Assembly: GCA_951406725.2 (NCBI GenBank) | Contig: OX597814.1 | Coordinates: forward strand, 207,948,001 to 208,012,000 | Direction: 5' to 3' | Length of the DNA stretch: 64,000 nucleotides | DNA from: Octopus vulgaris | Taxonomy: Eukaryota | Shown here: positions 39,022 to 50,816 of the stretch, in pieces | How the letters are laid out: each line of letters starts with the position of its first letter | How positions within the stretch are numbered: position 1 is the stretch's first letter | Notes under the pieces: generated by a model | Told to the model about the DNA's origin: nothing | Database searches by the model: none | The model's input: only the letters and a program-made list of their open reading frames with translations | Position numbers and translations under genes: made by a program

Positions 39022-39351
39022 TTTTTTCACAAGATAACCAATGCAGGTTCAAAATATAAAAACAAAATGGGTGTATTGGTGTGCAATTATAAGAAATAGA
39101 GACTTAGTTTTAACTGCCTTCTAAAGTACAGAAAATTCTTGCACATTTTTTGCCAGTCTCACATAGAATAAATTTGCAGAACTCACATTATATCTCCCTT
39201 ATGAAATAATCCCAACTTGTTATTACATTAAAAGTTTGCAGCATAACCGAAAGTACCAATAATCATAGGTACAGGTAGGAACTTATGATGAGGTCATACG
39301 AGTTAGCTATGTATTCCCAACCAGAAAATGTTCAAATCCTAGACCATACAA

Positions 39352-39650
39352 TTGTTCCTTCTCAAGTCATGCCCGGCTCATAAGGGCCGGTTTCCCGGTT
39401 TCCTTGGCATAAAGGTTCCCCACTTGGACGGGACGTCAGTCGGTCGCAGGTGAGCTGCAAGATGCAGGAGGAAAGAGTGAGGGAAAGTTGTGGTGAAAGA
39501 GTCAGCAGAAGTTTGCCATTACCTTCTGCTGGAGCCACATGGAGTTTAGGTGTTTTGCTCATAAACACACACATCGCCAGGTCAGATTCGAACCCATGAT
39601 CCCTCGACCGAGAGTCCGCTGCTCTAACCACTAGGCCATGTGCCTCCACT
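39352..39650 (-). mobile_element. SINE family D-related, tail type 3
   Basis: Related head plus ctgcga..cccgtcca..gaaaccggg module. Confidence 0.75.
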
Positions 39651-39679
39651 GGTCCATACAATTACACTGCAGCCTTTGT

Positions 39680-40150
39680 CATGGAAGCCCCCGAAAGATG
39701 GAATTTTACCAACCTCAAAAAAATGTAATTCCTACAGAACATATTATTGCTGTAGAGACACACCTGTGCATACATTAATAACACCACAATAATCACTGGT
39801 ACTAAGTCACCTAAAACTTCAGCAACACGCTCACCAACATCATATACTACATCCCATGAAAACTCAGTGGTGGCCTCTACATTGGTAGAAGAAGTTATAA
39901 TCTGGGTAATTGCCTCTACAAGTACCTTCACTTCACATTCCAATTCACACTCTAATGCACTCCAAGCAAACTCATGGCCCACCATTTCAACACACGAAGA
40001 TACTCCATGAACCGTGTCTCAATGTCTGGCATGTCTGTCCACCTCAGGATATCACACACCAGAAAACAAAGAATATCACATTGTATTAGCTCTTGAAACA
40101 AATCTCCTAGATCCAAGCAAAAATTTCTCCTCCTCCACTTCCTAATCACA
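39680..40150 (+). pseudogene. Degenerate Penelope-like element GIY-YIG endonuclease region
   Basis: From 39836 the frame reads NIIYYIP*KLSGGLYIGRRSYNLGNCLYKYL; upstream TCAYINNTTIITG, downstream LMAHHFN; contains stops and frameshifts. Confidence 0.6.
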
Positions 40151-40266
40151 GTCCACCTGCTTTTACATATGTATGTCATTAGAAGCTTTCATTTTTCTCT
40201 ATTTCTGTAATTTTTAGTTTTATTTCTTTCCTATTTCTATAAAATATTATTGTGTATATTTGCTCA

Positions 40267-40582
40267 TGTGGAGGCGTAATGGCCCAGTGGTTAGGGCAGT
40301 GGACTTGCGGTTGGAGGATCGTGGTTTTGATTCCCAGACCAGGCGTTGTGTGTGTTTATTGAGTGAAAACACCTAAAAGCTCCACGAGGCTCCGGCAGGG
40401 GGTGGTGGTGACCTCTGTTGTACTCTTTCGCCACAACTTTCTCTCACCCTCTCTTCCTGCTTCTTGAGTAACGCTGCGATGGACTGGCATCCCGTCCAGC
40501 TGGGGGGAACACATATGCCATAGAAACCGGGAAACTGGGCCCATGAGCCTGGCTAGGCTTGAAAAGGGCGATGTTTATTGTT
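40267..40582 (+). mobile_element. SINE family D, tail type 3
   Basis: ctgcgatggactggcatcccgtccag..gaaaccggg module; flanking direct repeat tatatttgctcat. Confidence 0.8.
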
Positions 40583-40683
40583 TATATTTGCTCATAAATA
40601 AGAACATAAGCGCTGGTATCACAGCTTTCCTTGTTCAATTTCAAGGTTTGATACTGACTGTTTTCCAATTTTGTCCACATAAA

Positions 40684-41030
40684 GGTGCAGGCATGCCTGT
40701 GTGGTAAAGAAGCTTACTTTAAACCACATGGTTTCAGGTTCAGTCCCACTGCACAGCACCTTGGGCAAGTGTCTTCTACTATAGTCTCAGTTCATCAAAT
40801 ACTTATGTATAAGTGTGTGTTTGTGCTTGTCCTCTTACCATCGCTTGACAACCTGAGTTGGTTTCTTTATGTCACTGTAACTTAGCAGTTCAGCAAAAGT
40901 TACTGATAGAATAAGTAAAAGACTTAAAAAAATAAATACTGGGGTCACTAAGTTCAGTTAAATCTTTCAAGGCAGTACTCCATAGCTGCACTCCAATGAT
41001 TAAAACATGCAAAAGACAGAAGATAAAAGA
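40684..41030 (+). mobile_element. SINE family B, degenerate
   Basis: Family consensus match. Confidence 0.65.
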
Positions 41031-42012
41031 TATAATTTATATCACTGAATATATTTTCCTTCTTTGTTTAATAGAATAAAGTCCTAAAATTTTCAGCTTC
41101 TCCCAGAGGTTCATCTTCTTCATAGAGGCAACCTTCTTGTAGTAATATTGGATTGCTACAAGTAATGTTATTTAATAATCCAGACAACTGAGGATAAATG
41201 CCTTCCAAATAACAAACATATTTTCTTGTTCTCTTGTTCTAAGTGGTCACAGAATCATTTAGAACAAGAAAACATTGCACATTGTTGCCATTTTAATAAC
41301 ATGCATATTTATCATTATTTTTTGTTTTGATCCTCGAATCATTCCTGAATTGTGACTCTGGGGTTGCAATCTTTCCCTGGATCCGTGTAACCTGTTTACA
41401 ATGCATTATTTCAACCTACATGCATATTGCATTGAGTTCTTTCTGTATCATTTTGACAATACTAGGATTCTTGTTGCTCATGATATTTTCATATATATAT
41501 ATATAAATTCATAAATGAGGGTGAAAAATTAGATATTAATTTAATAATACCATCAGTTTAACACCAAGTGGCTTAGCACATAAAAAACCAGGGAGACAAT
41601 ACAAATTTATACATAAATATAAGAGAGTTACCACTAAGTGGTTAACTCTAGTGCTAAAAATAGCTTCTTATTCTGGTATAGCCACCGAAGTTGTTTCCAC
41701 CAAGAAATAACATTACCTTCAACGTAAGGAAAGTGAAATACAACAAAAAGATAGATTCTATCTTCTAGCAGTAACTCTCTTATATTTATGTATATACATA
41801 TATATATATATATTCATCTGTTCATTTAGCATGCAGTTTTATGTCCTAGCATAAGTTGCATAGGGACATATTTGAGGCAGGATTTTGCAACTGAATGCTC
41901 TCCCTGGTTTTAACCCTTATCTGCTTTGCAAGTTACAGATGTCCTTTTTCTAATTTCACAGATCATCGAAAGCACAGTGCTCATGCTTCCTTTAATATGT
42001 ATATATATATAT

Positions 42013-42321
42013 ATCATTATCATCACGTGATTGACCAGTCCATCAGATGTAGTTACACATCGCTGCTCACAATGCATTCGCATTGTTTTAGCCTTCGAAT
42101 GATGCCACCCTGCTGGCTAAACGAGCAGGCCAACAGAAGAAAGAGTGGGAGAAAGAGTGGTGAAAGAGTACAGCAGGGATCATCCCGTCCCTGCCGGAGC
42201 CTCGTGGAGCTTTTCAGGTGTTTTCGCTCAATAAACACTCACAACGCCCGGTCTGGGAATCGAAACCGCGATCCTACGACCGCGAGTCCGCTGCCCTAAC
42301 CGCTGGGCCATTGCGCCTCCA
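42013..42321 (-). mobile_element. SINE family D, tail type 4
   Basis: Same head with a fourth 3' module ending cacgtgatgataatg. Confidence 0.8.
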
Positions 42322-42772
42322 TATAGATATATATATATATATATATAAAACACACAAAAACAGGTTTCCATGTATGACAGTCACTTACAAGGCATTGATC
42401 AACCCATGGCTACAGTAGAAAAGACTTGCCCAAAATGCTGCACAATGGGACTGAACCCACAGTTACATGGTTGGTAAACAAACTTCTAAAGCAAATAACT
42501 AAACCTGATGTATATATAATTCAACAGAAGCTGAAACTTCACTGACACAGCTCCAAGTGCTTTGACAATAAAATATTTCTTGCTTCTAAATCACCTTTAT
42601 CAAGGCTGACTGTCTGACAGCTTTTATTTATATAATGTGTCAAGATTACCAAAACAAACATCAGCTGTCACCAATAATTAATAGCTTTCAACTGGACTGA
42701 CTTAACTTCAGTAGTGGAGACTAAACAAACTTATTGTTTATAATTAAAACAATAAACTCTAACATAGACACA

Positions 42773-42944
42773 AGGCGCAGGAGTGGCTGTGTGGTAAGTA
42801 GCTTGCCTACCAACCACACGGTTCTGGGTTCAGTCCCACTGCGTGGCATCTTGGGCAAGTGTCTTCTGCTATAGCCTCGGGCCGACCAATGCCTTGTGAG
42901 TGGAATTGGTAGACGGAAACTGAAAGAAGCCTGTCGTATATATG

Positions 42945-42975
<31 letters not shown>

Positions 42976-43178
42976 TTGTGTATCTGTGTTTGTCCCTTGG
43001 GCATTGCTTGACAACCGATGCTGGTGTGTTTGCGTCCCCGTCAATTAGCGGTTCGGCAGAAGAGACCGATAGAATAAGTACTGGGCTTACAAAGAATAAG
43101 TGCCGGGGTCGATTTGCTCAACTAAAGGCGGTGCTCCAGCATGGCCGCAGTCAAATGACTGAAACGAGTAAAAGAGTA
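42773..43178 (+). mobile_element. SINE family B, full length
   Basis: tRNA-like head, tail gtaaaagag; flanking direct repeat atagacacaaggc. Confidence 0.85.
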
Positions 43179-44680
43179 TAGACACAAGGCCTTGACTATG
43201 GAGAAGAGAACAGTTGATATTATCAATGTCAGTACTTGACAGGTACTTTATTTTATTAACCTTGGAGGGATGAAAAGCAAAGTCAACTTCAGTGGGATTT
43301 GAACTCCAAACCTAGAAGGATGTAACTAAAAACGGTGAGGTTGTTTGTGCCTGGCTCTGCTGATTAGGACAATTAATGATATAAAGATATTTTTTTCTAA
43401 TTTTTGGCAGCAGCTATTTTGAGGGAAGGGGTAATTGATTACATTTACCCCAGGGCTCAACTGGTACTTATTTTATTGATCCCAAAAAGATGGAAGGCAA
43501 AGTCAATTTTGATGGCACTTGAACATGGAATGTAAAGCCAGAGGAAATGCTTCTGATCATTTTGTCTGACATGCTAACAATTCTGCCAGCTCACCACCCA
43601 GAATCATAATAATAATGATAATGACAATCAACAGAAGTACAAGACCACATTCCCTGTCAGGCTAACAGCATCTTCAACTTTCTGTAATCCTTATTCAACA
43701 ACTTGAATTAGGCATTAAACTTCTTACTTTGCATAACAATAAACTTAATATTCTACAAACTCTTGTTTCAACTAATTGCTGCTGACATAGGCTTTTACCA
43801 GTTCTTCAGATTCTACTCTTTATTCTAAATCTAATATAATGAATGCGAAAACTAATTTCTGTGTGTCAGTGTGTCACATTTTGGCCCCTCCCCCACTATT
43901 CAATGACACTTCTACTATTCCTCATGATGGGGTGAGAGTAATAGTAAGCATAGAGACAATGAGGGTGGTGGTGAAGACAGAGAGAGAGAGAGAGATAGAA
44001 AAAGAGAGGAAGAGAAAGAGAGGCAAAGAAATTTAGGGAGAGTTGATGATGCTTTATTAAAAGTAGTAGTGTTGATGGGAGGGAGTGGGAGTAATAATAA
44101 AAGGGTGAGAAAGAGTGGGTAAGTGAGAGAAAGAGGGAGACGGTGTACAACTTTAACCATGACTCTTTGACAGAAATTCCTGTGGCCAACATACTGAACA
44201 CTATCATTTTTGTTTTATTTTTTGCTTTTTTTAACACACACACACACACACACAAATGTGAATGTTAGGGTGTCACACTTTTTCAACTTTACTCCTAGAG
44301 GCCCTAGCCAAACATATCATACCATTTTGGAATCAGGCTGACTCCATAAGTAAGTTAAAAACATTCTGGGCCGAATCCTGACCCACAATCCTGAAATTTT
44401 GGATTCCCAAGTTTTCATTACTGTTATTGTTTCCAGCAATTCGTTTATGCGATTTTTTGTGACAAAATAACAATTTTTATAATCTAAAGGCTAACTCTGT
44501 GAGTAGATTAAAAACATTCCAGGTCGAATCCAGACCTGCAATCCTGAAATTTTGGATTCCTGTTTTCATTACTGTGATTGTTTCCAGCGATTTTTTAAAT
44601 ATAATTTTCTGCGATGAATATGATCATCATTGGGATATGACTCTGGAGGAAGCAATTGCAACAAATTCTCTAATCATTAA

Positions 44681-44900
44681 CCCTTTAGTGTTCAGATTAT
44701 TCTATCAAACATAATGCTTATTGATTCCCATTGATTTGAATTAATCATGCATTTTCTCATATCTTCAAGATCTTGATGGTGTAATTACTTAATGTAGAAT
44801 GACATTGTAGGGTAGGTGTGAGGGACCTGGATCTGGTCAGTTTGAACATAAAACAGATTAGCTATTTTGGCCGGATATGGCCGGTTTAAATACTAAAGGG
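44681..44900. mobile_element. piggyBac-like MITE
   Basis: TTAA|ccctttagt ... actaaaggg|TTAA. Confidence 0.75.
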
Positions 44901-44995
44901 TTAATACACGAGATATTTTAAAGGTGATGTTTTAAATTAAAAGTTTTTTTTAATATTTTTTTTTTGGAGATGTTTTAAATTTAAGAAATCAGTAC

Positions 44996-45169
44996 CTGAA
45001 GTGGTATTTCTGGATCTAATTCAAATTTTGCAACACGTTTGCTCCAGTGTTCAAATTTCTTGGTCTCAGGGTCGATGTAATAATCAAAGACAGTACCCTG
45101 ACTTGGAAATTTCACTGACTTGAATTCGTTAACCCACCATTTGGTGAATTCATTTCTATAGTCCACCAG
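44996..45169 (-). CDS. DNAH9/11/17-like: Dynein HC exon g
   Basis: LVDYRNEFTKWWVNEFKSVKFPSQGTVFDYY...PEIPLQ; 174 nt. Confidence 0.95.
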
Positions 45170-45290
45170 CTGAAAGTAAAAATTATTTATATTATTCTTT
45201 ACTCTTTTTTTTTAAGTTCAAATAGTTTATTTTCTTTGTATCACACAGTTTATTTGTGTGAATGGAAAATTCAAAATATTCTATACAGTA

Positions 45291-45713
45291 AGGTGCAGGA
45301 GTGGCTGTGTGGTAAGTAGCTTGCTAACCAACCACATGGTTCCGGGTTCAGTCCCACTGCTTGGCATCTTGGGCAAGTGTCTTCTGCTATAGCCCCGGGC
45401 CGACCAATGCCTTGTGAGTGGATTTGGTAGACGGAAACTGAAAAGAAGCCTGTCGTATATATGTATATATATATGTGTATGTGTGTGTATGTGTTTGTGT
45501 GTCTGTGGTTGTCCCCCTAGCATTGCTTGACAATCGATGCTGGTGTGCTTACGTCCCCGTCACTTAGCGGTTCGGCAAAAGAGATCGATAGAATAAGTAC
45601 TGGGCTTACAAAGAATAAGTCCCGGGGTCGATTTGCTCGACTAAAGGCGGTGCTCCAGCATGGCCGCAGTCAAATGACTGAAACAAGTAAAAGAGTAAAA
45701 GAGTAAAAGAGTA
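45291..45713 (+). mobile_element. SINE family B, full length, (GTAAAAGA)n tail
   Basis: Family consensus match. Confidence 0.85.
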
Positions 45714-45993
45714 AATGTTTTCACTCGTTTTTTTTTTTTTTTTAATTTCTGTCATGAAGAAAGAATTGGTCACTAGTCTAATAAACACGTGGCATTCATG
45801 AACATCCTTTTAGGCAACAACTTTGCAGCATCACATAATAGACTTAAGAAAAGAGACTGGAGAAATAAAGGCAAAATTGACTTTGGCAAGATTTGAAATC
45901 AGAACATAAAAGAGCTGGAAGAAATACCACAAGGCATTTTCTAATGCTTTGACAATTTTGTCAATCCAAACATTGACAACAGTAGGTTTAATG

Positions 45994-46685
45994 GTGATAA
46001 TGATGAAGACTATAGTGGTGATGGCAGTGGTGGTAGTGGTGGAGGTAGTGATAATGATGAAGACTATAGTGGTGATGGCAGTGGTGGAGGTAGTGATAAT
46101 GACGAAGACTATAGTGGTGATGGCAGTGGTGGTAGTGGTGGAGGTAGTGATAATGATGAAGACTATAGTGGTGATGGCAGTGGTGGTAGTGGTGGAGGTA
46201 GTGATAATGATGAAGACTATAGTGGTGATGGCAGTGGTGGTAGTGGTGGAGGTAGTGATAATGATGAAGACTATAGTGGTGATGGCAGTGGTGGTAGTGG
46301 TGGAGGTAGTGATAATGATGAAGACTATAGTGGTGATGGCAGTGGTGGTAGTGGTGGAGGTAGTGATAATGATGAAGACTATAGTGGTGATGGCAGTGGT
46401 GGTAGTGGTGGAGGTAGTGATAATGATGAAGACTATAGTGGTGATGGCAGTGGTGGTAGTGGTGGAGGTAGTGATAATGATGAAGACTATAGTGGTGATG
46501 GCAGTGGTGGTAGTGGTGGAGGTAGTGATAATGATGAAGACTATAGTGGTGATGGCAGTGGTGGTAGTGGTGGAGGTAGTGATAATGATGAAGACTATAG
46601 TGGTGATGGCAGTGGTGGTAGTGGTGGAGGTAGTGATAATGATGAAGACTATACTGGTGATGGCAGTGGTGGTGGTGGTGATAAT
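45994..46685. repeat. 54-bp minisatellite, about 13 copies (one unit with a 9-bp deletion)
   Basis: Unit gtgataatgatgaagactatagtggtgatggcagtggtggtagtggtggaggta. Confidence 0.95.
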
Positions 46686-46737
46686 GGTGACAAGAATGAT
46701 GATCATCACAATCATGATGACAAACATGATGCTGCTG

Positions 46738-47110
46738 ATTGTTTGTTTGTTTGTTGAGCAAAGCGGTCTTCATCCCAGTGGGAGAAGTCCGAAACGTGGT
46801 CCTTTGCTATTCATAAGACCCGCAGAAGAGAAAGCAGGTCAACCCCCCGACACCGAGAGCATCGACGGATAGATGAATGCGCATCCAGGCTCAGTGGTAG
46901 TGTAGGAAGTCGGGGACAAGCAACAGGAAGAAAGAGTGAGAGAAAGTTGGAGCGAAAGAGTACAACAGGGGTCGCCACCACCTCCTGCCAGAGCCTCGTG
47001 GAAGCTTTAGGTGTTTTCGCTCAATAAACACACACAACGCCTGGTCTGGGAATCGAAACTGCGATCCTCTGACCGCGAGTCCGCTGCTCTAACCACTGGG
47101 TGCCTCCACT
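46738..47110 (-). mobile_element. SINE family D, tail type 2
   Basis: Reverse complement of 23044-23425. Confidence 0.85.
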
Positions 47111-47182
47111 GATGCTGCTGATGTAGATGCTGGTGCCAATGATGATAACAATAATAATGATAACATTTTTTTTATTTTAAAA

Positions 47183-47580
47183 CTAGCAGTATCGCCTGGC
47201 GTTGCTCGGGTTTGTAAGGGAAATAACTATAAAGCAATTTTAGAGAGTTATAGCCCAAAAAATAGCAAAAAATGCATTAAAAATGGAAAAAAAATGATGG
47301 TAAATTTTTTTTTAAATCGTTGACTCATCGTAGACATTATTAGAGAGTTACTTCCCTTATATTTTAAAAAATATGCATTAAAATGGAAAAAAATGATGGT
47401 AAATTATTTTTAAAATCGTAGACTCATCGTAGACGTGTGCTAATACCCAGAAGGGCTCGATATGAATCACGACTATAAGATACCCGGTTTTGGTTAAACT
47501 GCACCGCAAAATGTGGGAGTAGTTAGGAATCTAAATCGGAGTAGACAGACAGCACACAACCTTTCTTTTATATATAAAGA
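47183..47580 (-). mobile_element. Non-autonomous Helitron
   Basis: On the minus strand A|TCTTTATATATAAAAG ... CCCGAGCAACGCCAGGCG (imperfect hairpin) ATACTGCTAG|T; no TSD; internal duplication. Confidence 0.8.
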
Positions 47581-47598
47581 TGTCCATAACTCTCTCAC

Positions 47599-47881
47599 CT
47601 GGTCCTGGAACATGGCACCACCAAATGCCCAGATGCATGCAAAAACAAAATACAGTTCATAAAGTTCCTTAGGAGAGTCAGCTGGGGTGTTTTCTGGGCT
47701 GAGCAAACATTCTAAAAGGTAACACAGCATCTGTATTTGACTACACTCAGCAATAGGTGTAATTTTTTTGAATCGTTGTCGTAGAGTTTCTAAACAGGTC
47801 GGTACATATTTGTCAAAGAGAATGGTCAAATTAGCCTTTTCTGACTGAATTTCCCTCCTGTCAATCCAGCTCTGAACATAG
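47599..47881 (-). CDS. DNAH9/11/17-like: Dynein HC exon f
   Basis: [18 protein letters not shown]...[15 protein letters not shown]; 283 nt; phase matches exon e. Confidence 0.95.
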
Positions 47882-48504
47882 CTGAAATGTAGAAAAATAG
47901 GAGAAATATAAACTATAATTAGTAACTGATCAAACAAGGGAACCTCTATGTAGTCAATTGCCCTGTTAGAAAAAGCAGTCCCATTCACCTCAGATCACAT
48001 TTTATCATCTTAAATAAAGAGAGATACATTGAACATACAACAACAATAACAGGTGTTTTGAGGTCATTTTCCCTGTGAAAGCAGGGTTTAGTTTTGTGGG
48101 ACCCCAAGACAGCTTTTTTTTTTTTTTTCCCATTTTGCTCTATTTTCTTCATCAAATCCTTTGCTTTCATTTCATTTTCCATCATCTTTAGCAATTTACC
48201 TTTCCCCTACTTCCTTTCACATTCCTGTCTATCGTTCTTCTTATCTGGTTTTCTTCATTCATCTTCAGCACATCATCCATTCATCTCGTTTCTTTTTAAA
48301 ATATCCATCACTGATTCTATATCGCAGGAGTGGCTGTGTGGTAAGTAGCTTGCTAACCAACCACATGGTTCCGGGTTCAGTCCCACTGCGTGGCATCTTG
48401 GGCAAGTGTCTTCCGCTATAGCCCCAGGCCGACCAATGCCTTGTGAGTGGATTTGGTAGACGGAAACTGAAAGAAGCCTGTTGTGTATATATATATATAG
48501 AGAG

Positions 48505-48805
48505 AGTAAATCATTAGAAGCACATGCTTCTAGTGAGTTAGGATCTCAGAACAACAGGGCTCTCACTGATGAATTCTCCCTGAGCAAATAAATTATCTTT
48601 ATTGCTGAAAAGAAAGAAACTGCAGTCTGAGAAGAACCGAGTTAATAAATGTTTTTATCTTCATTTCACTAAATTTATCCAGCTTCTGTGTTCCTAGCAC
48701 ATATTTCGCCTTAATGTACTGATATATGAAAAATATATGGCTTGTGCTAGAAATACCAGTGAAAATAATTATTTTCATTTTTATTTTATCGCAATTTGAT
48801 TTGTT

Positions 48806-48810
<5 letters not shown>
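48505..48810 (+). mobile_element. Penelope-like pLTR/solo element inserted in the (TA)n tract of a family-B SINE
   Basis: Non-SINE segment between TA runs that carries the hammerhead and a downstream AATAAA; the SINE resumes afterwards. Confidence 0.6.
48561..48632 (+). ncRNA. Type I hammerhead ribozyme, minimal Penelope-type, canonical core
   Basis: TCTCA-CTGATGA-[stem II TTCT/AGAA plus AGCAAATAAA/TTTATTGCT]-GAAA-CTGCAG-TC-TGAGA. Stem I has 5 bp, helix III is the palindrome ACUGCAGU and the triplet is GUC. The 10.1-11.1 position is an A.A mismatch. Confidence 0.75.
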
Positions 48811-48846
<36 letters not shown>

Positions 48847-49518
48847 TTGTGTCTGTGTTTGTCCCCCTAGCATCGCTTGACAACCGATGCTGGTGTGTTT
48901 ATGTCCCCGTTACTTAGCAGGCTTACTGTACTGGGCTTACAAAGAATAAGTCCCGGGGTCGATTTGCTCGACTAAGGGCGGTGCTCCAGCATGGCCGCAG
49001 TCAAATGACTGAAACAAGTAAAAGAGTAAAAGAGTAAAGAGTATTCTCTGCAATTCATCGATTGGTTTCTTGTTTTGTCTTTCCTTTAGTGATGCCCCAT
49101 TCATCCTCTCATTCTGTTCTTTCATTCTCAATTCTTTCCTGCCTTTCCTGCATCTTTGCATTCATTACCCCTGTTTTACTCTCATAAATTATAGTACTTC
49201 TCACACCTGCTATTTACACTGTTCCCATCAATTTCAGTGACATCAGCCCCTCCTCACAAATATACCACCCAGTTCCCAGCACTTCTATGCACAATTTACT
49301 CAAGACCATTTTGATCAAGCACTGTGAGTTGGTTACACAATAACTATTAGAAATATAAAGAAAACAAGGTAAAAGATAGTAATGAAAAGAGAATTTTAAA
49401 AGATGCTATCATACGTTAAATTCAACTTAAGTTGAAAGTCAACAAAGTTTGCTTTAGAAACGTTGAGATGTATTGAAAAATACAGATTTTTCTGCAAAAT
49501 ATGGATAGCTATCCTGTT

Positions 49519-49830
49519 CATCATCATCATCATCATCATGATCATCATCATCGTTTAACGTCCGTTCTCCATGCTAGCATGGGTTGGACGGTTCGACCAG
49601 GGATCTGGTAAGCCAGAAGGCTGCACTAGGCTCCAGTCTTATCTGGCAATGTTTCTACAGCCAGATACCCTTCCTAATGCCAACCACTCCGTGAATGTAG
49701 TGGGTGCTTTTTACGTGTCACCTGCACAGATGCCAGGCGAGGCTGGCATCGGCCACGGTTGGATTGGTGCATTTTATGTGCCACTGGCACAGAAGCCAGT
49801 CAAGACGGCACTGGCTTCGGCCACGATTCA
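49519..49830 (-). mobile_element. Family C retroposon; short copy also at 50346-50497
   Basis: Family consensus match. Confidence 0.75.
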
Positions 49831-50816
49831 TGCTATATTATTAGCATTATACTGTATTTGAGAATAAAATTATTTCCTCATCTGAGAATTTTAAAATTTT
49901 AATTAAAAGGTTTTAACTATTTAAGTATGCTTGTGAAAAGAAAAAACTGAGGTAAATGGGACCCATTTTACCTAATACTTTAACAGAAAGTTCCTTAATA
50001 TATAATGAAACATCTCAGTAACTGATAAATGTTTTTTTTTTTTTCATAAGTTAATAATGAGCCTTTATGTGATCACTTGACTGGCTAGAAACAGCACTCA
50101 AATCTCTTTTGTATCACATCCTACTGTCATGAAAAAAGGAAGGACAGATTGGATAATGTTGCTCTAGATATACAATGCCTAAAAGTAAGATGAGATGGTT
50201 ACACTTGGACTGCTTCTGAGCAGAGGCCTTTGCCCACATGAGGATTTGAGCTCAGTATCACAAACGAGATGTTCATCTCCCAATATGGTGTTTACTATAT
50301 AATGGCTTTACTGGTCAGAAGTGGTCAGTATCCGAAGAAGATGAAATCATCATCATCATCGTTTAACGTCCGTGTTCCGTGCTAGCACAGGTTGGACGGT
50401 TCAACCGGGGTCTGGGAAGCCGGGGCTGCACCAGGCTCCAGTCTGATCTGGCAGTGTTTCTACAGCTGGATGCCCTTCCTAACGCCAACCACTCCGCCAA
50501 TACTAACGCCAATCCACCTATCAATTAGTCCCTATGATAGCACCCAACATTAGTAGATCAGAGACTACCTTCAGCCTTATGATGCTGACAGCCAAAAGTT
50601 AGCAATACCGTTGTCACTGTCAAAAGTTGAACATCACTGGTTTCACCAAATTTATTGCAGTCAGGGGCCCACTGGGAAGTGAAATAAGAAAATAGGTCTC
50701 TCATAGATCTGGTTAGACAAAAGTCAAATTTACTAGTTGATTACAGCTAGAATGTGCATGATGATAGGTTAGCTTGATCAGAGATGATCTGAGACTAAAC
50801 AACACAAACAACTTAC

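Larger units (their letters stand above)
48323..49042 (+). mobile_element. SINE family B split by the hammerhead-bearing insertion
   Basis: 5' half at 48323-48500, 3' half at 48810-49042. Confidence 0.8.
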
